In this document: positions 1-13,295 of the stretch, in pieces
Position numbering within the stretch: position 1 is the first letter of the stretch
Layout of the letters: each line of letters starts with the position of its first letter
Assembly (NCBI RefSeq): GCF_001194135.2
Contig: NC_068993.1
Location: 14,120,524-14,184,523, forward strand
Source of the DNA: Octopus bimaculoides
Lineage: Eukaryota
Length of the DNA: 64,000 nt
Direction of reading: 5' to 3'
Notes under the pieces: model-generated
Told to the model about the DNA's origin: nothing
The model's input: only the letters and a program-made list of their open reading frames with translations
Databases searched by the model: none
Program-made: the position numbers and the translations under genes

Positions 1-46
<46 letters not shown>

Positions 47-950
47 GTATGAATGTAAGTATGTATGTATGTATGTATGTTTGTGTGTATGTGTGTGTGC
101 ATACATATATAAATATATTATACGTTTATCTACGCACACACACACACAAACACACATATATATATGCATGCGTGTGTGTGTACATATGTATGTGCATCTA
201 TTGTTTTCTCGCCCTGTATGAGTCTCTCCGTCTTTACACATACTCATATACACACACACGCATAAATACATACATATATATGCACACATGCACATATAAA
301 GACATATACCTACATATATGCTGCGTTTATTGACGTACATACGCACACACACGCATACTGCCATACACATCCTTATACACCGACGCACAGACACACAGAC
401 GCACAGACACACATACACATAATATACAAATATATAAATCCAAACCACAATCATCAACAGAGTTCATTTGCAATTTATTGATTCTTTTATCTACTTCAGT
501 CACACAAGTCACCATTTTAAATCACCACATCGATCCGCAATCACATATTCAGCTCAATAATCTCTGCTGGTGCTATGATTTTTAATACAATTCGAAGGAC
601 TGAAATTGTCTTGTGCTAAGAATGAGAAACAATTAAATTTGTTATCTCCTGTTTCCTTGTTGCATGCCGTCTATTCATATTTTCGATTACAGAATTATAT
701 AGTCACATAAGCAAAAGCATTTTATTGCCACATATTTACCCAAGGTTTAAGTCTAGCGACCTTCCTTTATTGCATTGAAAATCTTCATTTCTTATACAAT
801 TGCGTCCATTAATCCTTAAATTGAATTAGATATCTGTTAAATTTCATTCCCTTCCGCTTCGCTTCATATTCTTATAAAATTATTTCTCTTAAGCTTCTCT
901 CCTTTTACTAGAGTTTACAATACTGCCAAACAACAACGCATCTACTCGCG

Positions 951-1048
951 CTTCTTCTTCTTCTTCTTCTTCTTCTTCTTCTTCTTCTTCTTCTTCTTCT
1001 TCTTCTTCTTCTTCTTCTTCTTCTTCTTCTTCTTCTTCTTCTTCTTCT
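951..1048. repeat. (CTT)n microsatellite
   Basis: Near-perfect CTT run; source of the spurious poly-Glu ORF 889..1185. Confidence 0.97.
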
Positions 1049-1100
1049 ACGCCGCCGCCATCACCAGCACCAGCACCACCACCATCACCACCACCATGGT

Positions 1101-1374
1101 TAGCTTGGAAATTTAAGTAGCTATGGTCGATGAAAAAGGTAGCAGTAATAACAATAATTGTCGGAGCCCTGGGAACATTGAGCAAAGATCTCGAGAAGTA
1201 CGTGGAACAAATAGGGGCTGTAATAAGGGTGGAGCACTTGCAGGAAACAGCACTGCTTGGAACCGCTCGAATACTTCGGAAGGTGCTAGAAAAATAAGAG
1301 GTGTTACCTTAGTTCACTGGTAGTGAACAACTGACAGTGTCGTACATCTCCAGCGTTAGAAGTAGTGCAAAGGC

Positions 1375-1440
<66 letters not shown>
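1101..1440 (+). mobile_element. 5'-truncated R4/Dong-clade non-LTR retrotransposon 3' end (end of the restriction-like endonuclease region, 3' UTR, (AAT)n tail)
   Basis: The frame from 1121 reads LWSMKKVAVITIIVGALGTLSKDLEKYVEQIGAVIRVEHLQETALLGTARILRKVLEK* (stop 1295-1297). This matches the IVGALG...LQxxALLGTxxILRKVL C-terminus typical of R4/Dong RLE LINEs. About 75 bp of UTR follow, then (AAT)n at 1375-1440. Confidence 0.8.
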
Positions 1441-1442
<2 letters not shown>

Positions 1443-3063
1443 CCAAGGCACACAGAGCTGCGTTCGGTAGTGAAGTGAAAGCACGTTATAAAAATAAAAC
1501 TACTGAATAATAATGATAATAATAAGTGTAATATCGATAATATAAGGTTGCTGAGATGGATTCCATAAGGATATGAAACCACACTTTATGTAACAAAAGA
1601 AAACCCAATCTATTTGTATTTGGAAGTAGTCTGCTGCTTAGTGGAAATGCTTGAGTCCTTTCGTATTTCAGTTACCATAGCGATGTAGATGAATGCAAAT
1701 ACTTAATCTATCAATTCTTATGATTTCTAAATTATACGTTTTAAGAATCTCTCATAAGTTGTCATACATTTATCAAACTGCCTGATATATTGTACAAATG
1801 AAAAATAAAGCTCACATACTTAGAATAAGCGCAGACAACTTAATTACATCAGAGCGAATAAAGCGATCAAAACCTACCTTTATCGAGCAGCCAACTAATG
1901 GTTTCATATTTGACTAAACTATCAGATGTTTTATACTCCGGAGTCTATGTTCAGTATTACCATCAGTTTTTAAGACAGCAGTATGTAACATCAGGGATAT
2001 GTGCTTTATATTCCACGCAGGGCGTTCAACAGTGTGTAGCTTTTACGGGACGTTTATGAGGTATACGATAGACATAAAATATCTCTTTTACTTTAATTTG
2101 AAATTTTGCTCTCGGTGTTCAAATGATTTCTGGGTGAAAAGATATTTTGCGCATTAGTATTCATAATAAGCGAGGGTCAAACACGATAAAGCCGATCTAT
2201 AGATAAAGTCGTTTTAGTTGTGACGGACTGTATATGTTCTGCGCTGCAATTCGTTGAGTGATTGCTTGTAATTCTAACTGTTTGGTTGACTATTTATCGC
2301 GGCAAAAAGTTGTCTCATGGTATTGTGATAAGAGAGAACAATAGCTTCCAGCAATATACATATGTACACACATATATATTTGTAGCAATCTATTCATCTG
2401 CCTATGCATGTAATATACCAACATGCACACAGGCACCAATACGCAGACACAGACAGACACACACATGTACGCAAACATACACAAACGCAAACACACTCAT
2501 ACACAAACACACTCACACAAACGCACACATGTTTATATTTTGGTGGATAGCTGTATCAAGCAGTGTTGATGGAAAACAACTTCGATTACATCAGCTACTG
2601 AAATGTTATACATAACAACATTTTGAGACGATCTCACTCGACCAAATATAGCTACTTGTCACTACAAATTAGGACTCGCAAAAGCAAACGAATAACAAAA
2701 GTATTTAGAGTTTCCTAGGTAGTTTCAGATATCTTAGTTAGAAATTAAATTAAATACTGTCGGCAGTTTCAGGCTGCGATGTGAGAGTTGTGTGCCTGAT
2801 GCAGCGTACATTTTATTCATATTATTTGTTGTTCCTTCAGTCTGTAAAGTTTCAGCGAATGTACAAAGCATTCGATTTAGGGGAAAATGGACATTTGTCT
2901 CGCAGGCTGTATCGGTGTAATCCTTTATAAGAAAAAAAAATATGAAAAATAAAAATAAAAGCTTCATCGTCCAGTGTATCTAACATCAAGGAATGCCTTA
3001 AAGTAATTTCGGAATACTAACATATTATTCTGCTGCAGTAACTTGTGGGATATCACAATAATT

Positions 3064-3130
<67 letters not shown>
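3064..3130. repeat. (CTA)n microsatellite
   Basis: Perfect CTA run directly 5' of a SINE-B copy. Confidence 0.95.
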
Positions 3131-3132
3131 CA

Positions 3133-3301
3133 GCTTAGCAGCATTTCACCCGTCTTCACGTTGTGAGTTCAATTTCCACCGAGCTCGGCATAGCATTTCA
3201 TCGTTCAGAGTCGATAAATTAAGTGCTAGTGAAACACTAGGGTCGAGGAAATCCACAAGTGTCCTTCCCCCAGAATTCCAGACCTTGTGCTTTTAGTAGA
3301 A

Positions 3302-3335
<34 letters not shown>
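3133..3335 (+). mobile_element. SINE family B, 5'-truncated, with (ATT)n tail
   Basis: GAGTTCAATTTCCACCGAG...TTTCATCG..GAGTCGATAAATTAAGTGCTAGT matches the other family-B copies; ends in (ATT)n. Confidence 0.75.
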
Positions 3336-3336
<1 letters not shown>

Positions 3337-4108
3337 GTTTACTTTTATTATATCTTCACTTTGTGCATATGCAATTTTATTTCTGGTTTTAAACTTTCTA
3401 GTATGTTAACAATATTCTACATAATATTTGTGTAATAATTACTCATACTATTTTGCTGACTTTTGCTGATATATTTGTCTGCATATCTTTTTTAAAGTTA
3501 TTCTCAAGACACCTATTAATATAAGTATTTTTTCTGATATCATTTTCCACATTTCAGTTATCTTAATTTCTATATATATCTAAATCTGGTTCACTTCTTC
3601 ATTTCTTTTAAGAATAGGTTATCACCCCTTGGGACCTATATATTCAATTGATAGACATAATTAAGACTTACTCCAAATGTTCATTTATCGTTTTACAACT
3701 GAAATATCTTACTACATTTTATAATTAATTCATATCTTAAATTTCACACTTTACATCTATCATTACACAAATTTCCCATATCAGTGTTTCATACAACTGC
3801 CATTCCCTGTTTTTATTATTTTTGCTTCCACGACACACTCCTACTTTCTTCTATACTATTGTTATTTTCATCAAGAATCTTGCACACCAAATACACATAC
3901 GAAAAGTCATTGCTATTGTATCCCATATAAATACTTGACTTTCATTTCTAAAATCATAATATATATTACATTACAGATCTATTCGATAGTTCTTTCTTGT
4001 CAACTTTGCTTATTTTCTCCAACTTACAATCAAATACAACTCAATTCACATTCTTAAAACTTGATTTTGAAGCTGTTTGTATCCACCTTTCTCTCCCCGC
4101 TCTCACTC

Positions 4109-4157
<49 letters not shown>

Positions 4158-4602
4158 ACCTCACTCACACACTATCTCTACCTTTTTCTCTCTCTCTCCT
4201 CATGCAGAGCAACACTCTGTGGAATGCAGAGAACAAGATGAGGGGAGCAAGACACTACATCCGTATTCATACGCAATCATCTTGACCTGGTCATGCCACG
4301 TAATAAGCTATAGAGGATGGTCAAATTACAATGAAAACCTACCCAATACATTTAGAAGAGATTGTGACTTTGCCCGCGCGCACGCACACACACAACTTAT
4401 ATGGTAGGTGCTTATTTGGCAGGTTCAAAAGGATTAGGTTTTTGTTTGAAACCCATAGTGGAAAACTATGACGAAAGTCGAAAGAATTGATGTTTCAATC
4501 TACAAATTAAAAGTGAGCAGGTACGAAAGCTGTAAAAACCCAAATTACAAATATTTGAACAATTTGTCGGGGCCCACAAGCGCACAAATGCAAATACGGT
4601 CA

Positions 4603-4646
<44 letters not shown>

Positions 4647-5037
4647 AGTAAAAATAAATACAAAAAAAGGGGTTTTGTATGATTGTGTATAGAGGAATAT
4701 ATTATTTTGTTTAAAAGAGTTCCAACACTGTCTGTTTTTTATGTTTTATTTATATTCCTGCAAAACCAATGTGGGATATAGAATATGGAATATACAATAT
4801 ATAATATACTATACAATATATAATATAAAATAAAAATGGATGGTACAATGAAATAAAATATTGAATGTCTTATTGAATATATGGAATATGTCTTATTGAA
4901 CAGATGAAATATTGAGTGTTCAATATAAAGGATTAAATATATAAAGGCGAATACGTATTTTCTATACCTGTGTGTGTGTGTGTGAGTATGTCCACTTATC
5001 ACCGTTTGACAAATAGTGCTACTGTGTAAGCCTCCAA

Positions 5038-5190
5038 GTTACTTAGTGGTTTAGCAGAAGAAACCGATAGAATAAGTAGTAGGCTTAAGAAATATGCCCT
5101 GGTGTAGATTTGTCCGCCAAAAACCTTTGTAAGCGGTACTCCAGCATGGCCGCAGTCGAATGACTGTGAGAAATAAAAGAGTAAAATAAA
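5038..5190 (+). mobile_element. SINE family A, 3' half
   Basis: ACCGATAGAATAAGTAGTAGGCTTAAG...CCAGCATGGCCGCAGTCGAATGACTG..AATAAAAGAGTAAAA; homologous to the 3' ends of the copies at 6727 (-) and 45677 (+). Confidence 0.8.
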
Positions 5191-5302
5191 GTATATCTAT
5201 ATGTATACATATATATGTGTGTGTATATATACAGATATATATATATATACATATTGATGTGTATGTGAGTGCGTGTATATGTGTATGTATGTACATACAG
5301 AC

Positions 5303-5383
<81 letters not shown>

Positions 5384-5480
5384 GGGGGGGGGTTGTATAC
5401 ATACATATGAATATGATTATATATATACACAGATACACACACATATATGCATATATGTACCTATACACACACACACACAC

Positions 5481-5522
<42 letters not shown>

Positions 5523-6268
5523 CTACAAGCACATGCACATCTATAGTTCTATATACACATTCAAGCTTGTATATATTTCGTTGAATGAGAACGATCGTTA
5601 AGGTTTTATATATATACTGACCAAAGACGTAAATAAAGTTGAACAATTTAATGTAAAAAAAAGTATAAAGATTTAAACGTGTCGGATAAGAAAGAGCAGA
5701 GATAAAATGTTCAAGCGGATATAATTTAAATAGGCAAATAAAAAATGGTTTAAGGGATTAGTGTGAAATAAAAAAAAAACAGAACAGAGAAATTCCAGAA
5801 ATATGTTGATCTGTTTGCATCAATGTGAACATTCTCCATCAAACTGTATCTGTTTGCTTAAGTGAGTATGTGTATGCGTCCCTAATATAAAAAGATATGG
5901 TAAGAAAGGAGTAATATCTGTCGAGAGGGTGTCAGGTACAGATCCAGTTAGAGAGCTTGTGCATCTCTGCAGGCAAACAGGATCTTCTGCAATTTAAAGT
6001 TGTTTCGTAGTTGAAAGAGCCTCCGGGTTTCCATTAGAATACGTTACATTCACAATTTTATTTCAATTGCGATTAATGACCAATGAGCTGTCGAGAAAAA
6101 ATAAAAATAAATAAATAAAAATACAGTCGGTCACTAGCTTCATGCCGCATTATGGCTTTGAGCTACTCATACTAGCCAAACTCACAGTTGAATTCATGAC
6201 GTCATCTCACTAACTCTGGTAAGGTAGTGAGGAAAAAAAAACCTGGCATTTTAGAAATAAAGAACTAA

Positions 6269-6302
<34 letters not shown>

Positions 6303-6335
6303 ACACACACACACATACACACACACACACACGCA

Positions 6336-6380
<45 letters not shown>

Positions 6381-6726
6381 ACACGAACACACATTTATAA
6401 TTATACATAAATATTCACAAACGCACACGCAAAAATATATATTTATATATGCTCACACACATGCACAGATAGACAGACAGACATACGCACACATACACAG
6501 AAACACGCCCATACCCTTACATATATATATATATATATATTCAGTAAGATAACAGGGCAATCCAATTTATAGGATAGGTTGGGAGGAAGATGAGAATAAA
6601 TGAAATAGAATTGAATGAAATAAAATTAAACGGGATAAGAAACAATGAAGTGGGAAAATGAAAGAAAGTAAAACATATATATAATATATATATACATATT
6701 CTTGTATACCTTTATTCTTTTATACC

Positions 6727-7095
6727 TTTATTTTTTTATTTGTTTCAGTCATTTTAGTGCGGCCATACTGTAGCACCACCTTTAGTCGAACAAATCGACC
6801 TCAGGACTTATGCTTTGTTGCCTAATACTTAATCTATCTGTCTCTTTTGCCGATACAGGGACATAAACACACCAGCATCGGTTGTCAAGCGATTGACAAA
6901 CACAGACACACGCACACATACACACACACGTATGTATAGAGATATAGACGACGGGCGTCTTTCAGTCTCCGTGTACCAAATCCACTCACGTGGCTATAGT
7001 AGAAGACATTTGCTCAAGATGCCACGCAGTGGGACTGAACCCTGAACCATGTTGTTGGTAAGCAAGCGTCTTACCACACAGCCACTCCTTCGCCT
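6727..7095 (-). mobile_element. SINE family A, full length (tRNA-derived head, internal microsatellite, 3' half)
   Basis: The reverse strand starts GAGTGGCTGTGTGGTAAG (A-box-like) and contains GGTTCAGTCC (B-box-like), then a (TG)/(TA) tract, then the shared 3' half. It resembles the tRNA-derived SINEs known from octopus (OK/OR types); family name not verified. Confidence 0.85.
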
Positions 7096-7096
7096 C

Positions 7097-7156
<60 letters not shown>

Positions 7157-8281
7157 NNNNNNNNNNNNNNNNNNNNNNNNNNNNNNNNNNNNNNNNNNNN
7201 NNNNNNNNNNNNNNNNNNNNNNNNNNNNNNNNNNNNNNNNNNNNNNNNNNNNNNNNNNNNNNNNNNNNNNNNNNNNNNNNNNNNNNNNNNNNNNNNNNNN
7301 NNNNNNNNNNNNNNNNNNNNNNNNNNNNNNNNNNNNNNNNNNNNNNNNNNNNNNNNNNNNNNNNNNNNNNNNNNNNNNNNNNNNNNNNNNNNNNNNNNNN
7401 NNNNNNNNNNNNNNNNNNNNNNNNNNNNNNNNNNNNNNNNNNNNNNNNNNNNNNNNNNNNNNNNNNNNNNNNNNNNNNNNNNNNNNNNNNNNNNNNNNNN
7501 NNNNNNNNNNNNNNNNNNNNNNNNNNNNNNNNNNNNNNNNNNNNNNNNNNNNNNNNNNNNNNNNNNNNNNNNNNNNNNNNNNNNNNNNNNNNNNNNNNNN
7601 NNNNNNNNNNNNNNNNNNNNNNNNNNNNNNNNNCTGAAAATGTTAGAAATTAGGACAAAGTTTTAGACACAATATTTTGTAGCATATATATATATATATA
7701 TGTATTCACGATGTATACGAGTGTGGAGTCGTATGGACAATGATAGGGAAATAATGAAGGCAGCAAAAGAATGATGTGACAGATATTTAACCGATTTTTA
7801 CTTAAATCATACCATACGTTGGAAATATCTGAATTCCCCTGTTTCGTTTTCCGTTTACAGTAACACAAAATTCAAGAAAAAATATTTGTCTTCTCTGCAT
7901 TACATAATTTATTCCATCGAGATTTAAAAAGAATAATCCATTATAATTAAATTTTCCTTTGATAAGATTTGATGTCTTTTTTATCTGAATTCAGTAATTA
8001 CATATTTGTCATGTTTAAATTCTTAGTAGTTTCTGTTTAAATTTGATATTTAGTGCCATGTTTTATGCATTATATTGATGAAATTTGTTTTTGTCTACAG
8101 CGTGGCTCCATTTACAATTCTTTTCTGCAATATTTCAGATTCTGTAAAAGTGTATTGTTTTATAAATATAAGGCTACCAAATTATCCTTGAGTAAGCAGT
8201 ATGGCTGAAAATGTTAGAAATTAGGACAAAGTTTTATACACAATATTTTGTAGCATATTTAACTTTCCATATGAAAACTAC

Positions 8282-8453
8282 CGGAAGTGCCACTGAATGA
8301 TATCGTATTCAACCGGAACAGTTTAATGTTCAAATTTCTTGCATATTGTTGAAAGAGGGTCGCTGAGATTTTGAATGAAAAGTTGTTGTAGACTTCGCAC
8401 AAGATATATGCCGTGTCCACGAAATTAGTTTTGAGAACATTGTGATCTGTTTC
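8282..8453 (-). CDS. Candidate internal exon of an unidentified gene
   Basis: Acceptor tgtgcttttttag, then 57 open codons ETDHNVLKTNFVDTAYILCEVYNNFSFKISATLFQQYARNLNIKLFRLNTISFSGTS(G), then a weak donor gtagtt. No homolog confirmed. Confidence 0.2.
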
Positions 8454-9921
8454 CTAAAAAAGCACACATAGATTCTACTGCATTGAAAAATAGTAAAGTG
8501 ATAAGTAATTGTGATTTCAATCGATAAAGTATCACAATTTCTGATTAAAAATGCAGTGTATCAGGTTTTCTTTACCATTACGATTTCACTGCAAAATTTC
8601 CTTCAGTCAATGGTTCTTTGAAAGGAATTGAAATACCTGGATCTGAGTTCCTGTGTTTTATTTTAAGCAGCCATTGATATTGAAGTCAAACTTAATACTA
8701 TATGTGTGTGTGTGTTTGTGTGTGCGCGTGTGTATCGGTGTGAGGGTGTGTGTATATAATCCAGTATGCAAAATGATTCAAAGACGTGTTTAGATTTCGT
8801 CTCCATTTCGAATTAATATTTAAAAATGTATCATCTACTCTCTGTATCTTAATGAATATTAACCAAACAAGATTAATTATATTTTGAATAACCTCCCCAA
8901 TTTTCTGTTCATTCGAAAATATTTTAGAATAACAGGTCTCTGTAAAAATAAGCCTATTTTTTATGCTTCACGAGTTAGCTTTTAATTATATGTTATTCGC
9001 TTTATCATATACAGTATTGAGTAGATCAATTCTTTCTGATATACAGCAATCAGAATTATGTTCTAAATCATTTACAAGTTCATTTTAACATAGTGACAGC
9101 GAACATAACACCTACTGGTACACACTTTTCCAGTAGGTATTATGTAGAGATCCTTGTAAACGGGTAGTACATTAATGGGCTTGGCAATTTACAGATATCA
9201 GAAGCCAAAACATGTACAACTATAGCTGTAAGTCATTTTTATATATATTTTGTGTCAGGTTGGTGGTAATCTTCGAAAGCTATTTATAGAAATGATAAAG
9301 AGGAAAATAATATAAGTTTCTTTGAGTGTGAATAACGTAGATAGTCCTGCAACTAGCAGACGAGTCCTTCTATAGAGTTAGACAATAAATAAGTACTGGT
9401 ATCGCAAAGCACTCGATTCCATTGAATATGGTCTAACATAAAATTTGAAAGAGCGTGCAACGAATGTTTCACAGGTCAACATTTAAAAACAAGTTCTCCT
9501 ATTATTGATTGGTACAGTATTCAATTGAATGCAATGTTCTACATTTCTGTGAAATAATGCCAGTTTCATTGATTGAGCAGGGATAATATCGTATATGGCG
9601 GATTTAATAATGGGCAACAGCCGTCCTATGAACCATTGGAATATTGTGCTACGTGCTACCGCTAATATGGAGTGTAGTGAATTCCATTCCGTCTTGACAT
9701 ATAGCATTCTAACAGAACATTTCCAGAGGAATGGTCTCGATTGTTTGGTGCATAAAATATTCCGTTATGCGTGCAAATAATTATGTATGCATGTGCATGT
9801 GTGCGCCTGCGATGGTGTATGCCATTTTTGCGTAGGTATGCGTCTATGAGTGTGTTAGTGTGTTAGACTGAATGTATGTGTGTGTGTGTGTGTGGATATG
9901 TATGTATGTATGTGTGCATAT

Positions 9922-9961
<40 letters not shown>

Positions 9962-10755
9962 CGAAAATGACTTGTGTATCGAAATTTTTTAGACTTTATT
10001 AATGTATTGACACATACTTTTCTTCATCCCACATGTTCATTTCTGAGGACACTTTCGCATCCATAAGATGTTATAAAATAGCATTTAACATATTGAGCAT
10101 ACTTCTATTCAACAGGAAGTAGACAAGAAGTATTGGAGATTTTATTAGCACATTCAAAGCCGTTTGCCCTGAACGAGTTAAACGTATATATGCGTGTATT
10201 TGTGCATGTTTTTTGGGGGCGTGTGTAAGTCTGTACAAGTCTATTTACATACAGTTGAATTAATTAATACATAAATATGTCAATATAAAACTATATATGA
10301 ACTAGCCGTCTGTGGGTTTGTTTCAAAATCATAAAGTCTAGAATTCGAATACTACACCAGCTATGTCCTTGATTAAGTCTGTTCACGTCCTTTGGCTGCT
10401 TAGATAACATGAGAACCAGTTGGTTACTGGTGCAACTGTGATATCCTGAAAGTTCCAGTAGGTCACGTGTGGCAGGATCTAAATTTTGGTGATATTTGCT
10501 CACGATTGTATAGGAATTTAAAACATGGAAGACATTACCAGATTCATACTTGCGATTGACAAAATATGTATGTATATGAGTGTATGTCTCTGTGTGTGTG
10601 CGCGCGATTTTGTGTTCGTATATTTGTGTGTATCTTGTACATACATCTATTGTGGCAACCTCTCGTTAATGTGTATGACCGTTGAGAACATATTTTTTTG
10701 TTTAGCTTGTTAATGAAATCGGTGATATTTCACAATTTGTTTTTCTGCAAGAATC

Positions 10756-10996
10756 TAGGGGTCGGGAAACTTTTACTCTGACGTTACCCACCTGGATTTG
10801 AAAAGAAGAAAATGATAGATTCTTTAAATTCAAAAGGTTTACTGAATCTATTTTATTGAATCTGTTATATGAATCCGTTTACATTGGAGAAATACAGTGC
10901 TGCGAGAAGAAACATTTCTGTCATAGCAAGGAAAACGCTTTTTATATAATTTTCCTAAGGCCAACACATTAACTTGCCCCGGATCGCCGAACCCTG
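10756..10996. mobile_element. Possible degenerate hAT (Charlie-like) MITE
   Basis: Left end TAGGGGTCGGGAAAC and right end (reverse complement) CAGGGTTCGGCGATC match at 10/15 positions. The right flank TGCTAGAC resembles the Charlie nTCTAGAn target, but the left target-site duplication does not match cleanly. Confidence 0.35.
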
Positions 10997-11852
10997 TGCT
11001 AGACAGATTAGGTGTCTCTCACCCCTAGCTATCAGATGACTGCTGATGCTATAGAAATCCCTCCTTCCTTGGCAGGTTTTCATTTACATCACGCGGGGTA
11101 TCCAATCAAAATCCCTACTCTTTACGGAGCTGGCTTGGTAGGGCCGACGCTTTACTCACCGACAGGTGGTACTGAATTACATGTTGTCAGTAGCACTAAG
11201 AATAACCAGATATGATATTTTTTGTGTGTATGCGTACGTGCGTGCATGTCTGTCTGTGAGTGTGTGTTTACTTTTTGTAGCAACGGGAATCTTTACAAGT
11301 AGAGTAACCTTGCGTTCCAAGTATTCGAAAAGTTATTAGTGACAAGCGATAAAAAAAAATAAAATTGTTAAAGAAAATTATGGAGAATCAAGTAAAATGT
11401 GCAGGATTAAATGCAACCGAATAAACTACTTAAAGTGTTAAAAATCGTTAAGATTGTAGATTACAAAATAAAAACAAAAATGGACGAACAGATATTTCAT
11501 GTGTTGGAAATTAAAGACCAAATATTAGAAACTGAAGATCGTTACTTTACGCACGCAAGCATATATCAGAAACAGAAATAAAATCTATTCGTTTAATAAT
11601 TCAATAATTAAATCAGGATGCAAAAAAAGGATTTGTATGTGAATGTATTAATTTAATATCAATATTGAACTTAAATTAAAAGCTTTTTTACATCGGGTAA
11701 CAAATGTATTGCCCCGAAATCCTATATCAATCTTCTCACGAAATCTTTAAAGAAAATGATCTCATCACCCTCTTTTAAAAATCTTGAAAAACTGTATGTC
11801 GAATATATTTCAAACTCCAATGAGCTTCAGCACAAGGGCGCACACGCACACG

Positions 11853-11909
<57 letters not shown>

Positions 11910-11934
11910 CTTTAATATCGCAATCATCCATCTT

Positions 11935-12362
11935 TTATTTCTTTCAGTCATAAGCCTGCAGCCATGCTTTGGTGTGGCCTCGAAGGGGTCCGAAAAATTC
12001 CACCGAAATACTTATTTTCTTAAGTCCGGTTGTTATTCTAATGGTGTCTTGTTGCCGAACTGCTAACACAGGAGGTTGTAAAGTTGCCCACAACGGCTGG
12101 CCATCAATGGTACAGAACAAACAAACACAAAGACACATACATACTTAAGTACGTATATATAACATATAATATGTACACACAAACACACTCATACATATGC
12201 ATTTATGCATGCATACGACGGGATTCTTTCAGTTTCCATCTTCCAAGTTCACTCACAAGGCTTTCGTAGGCCGAGCTATATTGCAGAAGAAACTTAGCCG
12301 AAGTAGGAGTGAACCCCATACTACATGTTTGAAAAATAAACTTCTCACCATACAGCAATGCA
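11935..12362 (-). mobile_element. SINE family A, diverged full-length copy
   Basis: TTTCAGTCAT..GCAGCCATGCT at the tail; ACGACGGGATTCTTTCAGTTTCC..TTCACTCACAAGGCTT in the middle; CTTCTCACCATACAGC at the head. Confidence 0.7.
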
Positions 12363-13295
12363 TATTAAGAGATATACGCGTGTAGTACACACACACGCAG
12401 AAGCATGCTCACACACGCACATTATACATATATTCGTGTTTATATTGCTATATATCTATACTTATATACTATATATCTATTGTATCCCAATTACATTTAT
12501 ACGTAATGTTTGCGTTTTTGTTTTTAATTTAAGTTTCGCCATTTGCCACCCAACACACAACATTGCAGCAACGAACTCAAAACAATGAATACATATATGC
12601 GAATACAATTATATATTTAACATGTGAAACAATGTAATTGGTACTGAGCCATTAGATACAACAAATGCTCTCATAGGTCATCGGCAATAAATCTTTTTTT
12701 GTATATGTTTACTAATCTATCATAAAAATTAAACTTTAAAACTTAGTATAAAAAATATCACAAAATCAATTTGGTTCAAATTATTTGCCATTTTAATATC
12801 TTTATTGCACGTTTGTTTATTTGTTCATATAATCGACAGACACTAAAATCACCCTTGATAAATTCCTAATTAAGATGCCGCATAAACTAATTCGCTGTTT
12901 AGTTTATGATTATAACATGTGCCTCGTGATCTTATTTTACATTAGCACTTGTATGTATGGTTTGAAAATATCTATCTCGAAATTGAATGGAAAATGATGT
13001 GTTACAATATTAATTCGTTATGTCTGTTTGCATCAAATGTATTATTTTATAGCAAATGAGACGTTGTACCAGCGACTGCAAAACATAGCAATGACTGCTA
13101 TGATTGTTTATTAAAGATGTAAGTAGGATTGGAATATGACCAAGGATGTTATTATTTTAGCTAATATTTTTATAACTATCATTTCTTTTATGCAAAATAT
13201 TACAAATGAACCATAAGAACCTGATACAATTTGTTCTTTATTGAACTCTTGGCTCTGTATGTTCAAGTATATTGTTTAGATTAGTCAGACTTGCG

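Noticed and set aside
889-1185. Poly-Glu ORF
   Set aside because: It is the antisense of (CTT)n plus the R4/Dong remnant.
1672-1722. SDVDEC after an acceptor, resembling the start of a calcium-binding EGF domain
   Set aside because: No further cysteines; a stop follows 8 codons after the Cys.
2734-2922. Minus-strand frame DYTDTACETNVHF... after a strong acceptor
   Set aside because: No recognisable domain and no phase-compatible upstream exon; chance cannot be excluded.
7030-7090. tRNA-like sequences here and at 39833, 45677 and 58409
   Set aside because: They are SINE heads with A/B-box-like motifs, no complete cloverleaf, and continue into SINE bodies.
9581-9780. Plus-strand frame MADLIMGNSRPMNHWNIVL...EHFQRNGL, loosely like a receptor guanylyl cyclase ectodomain
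   Set aside because: No usable donor. It overlaps an equally long minus-strand frame, which shows that such resemblances are easy to over-read.
12881-12908. 10-bp stem hairpin CATAAACTAA/TTAGTTTATG
   Set aside because: AT-rich and isolated; expected by chance.
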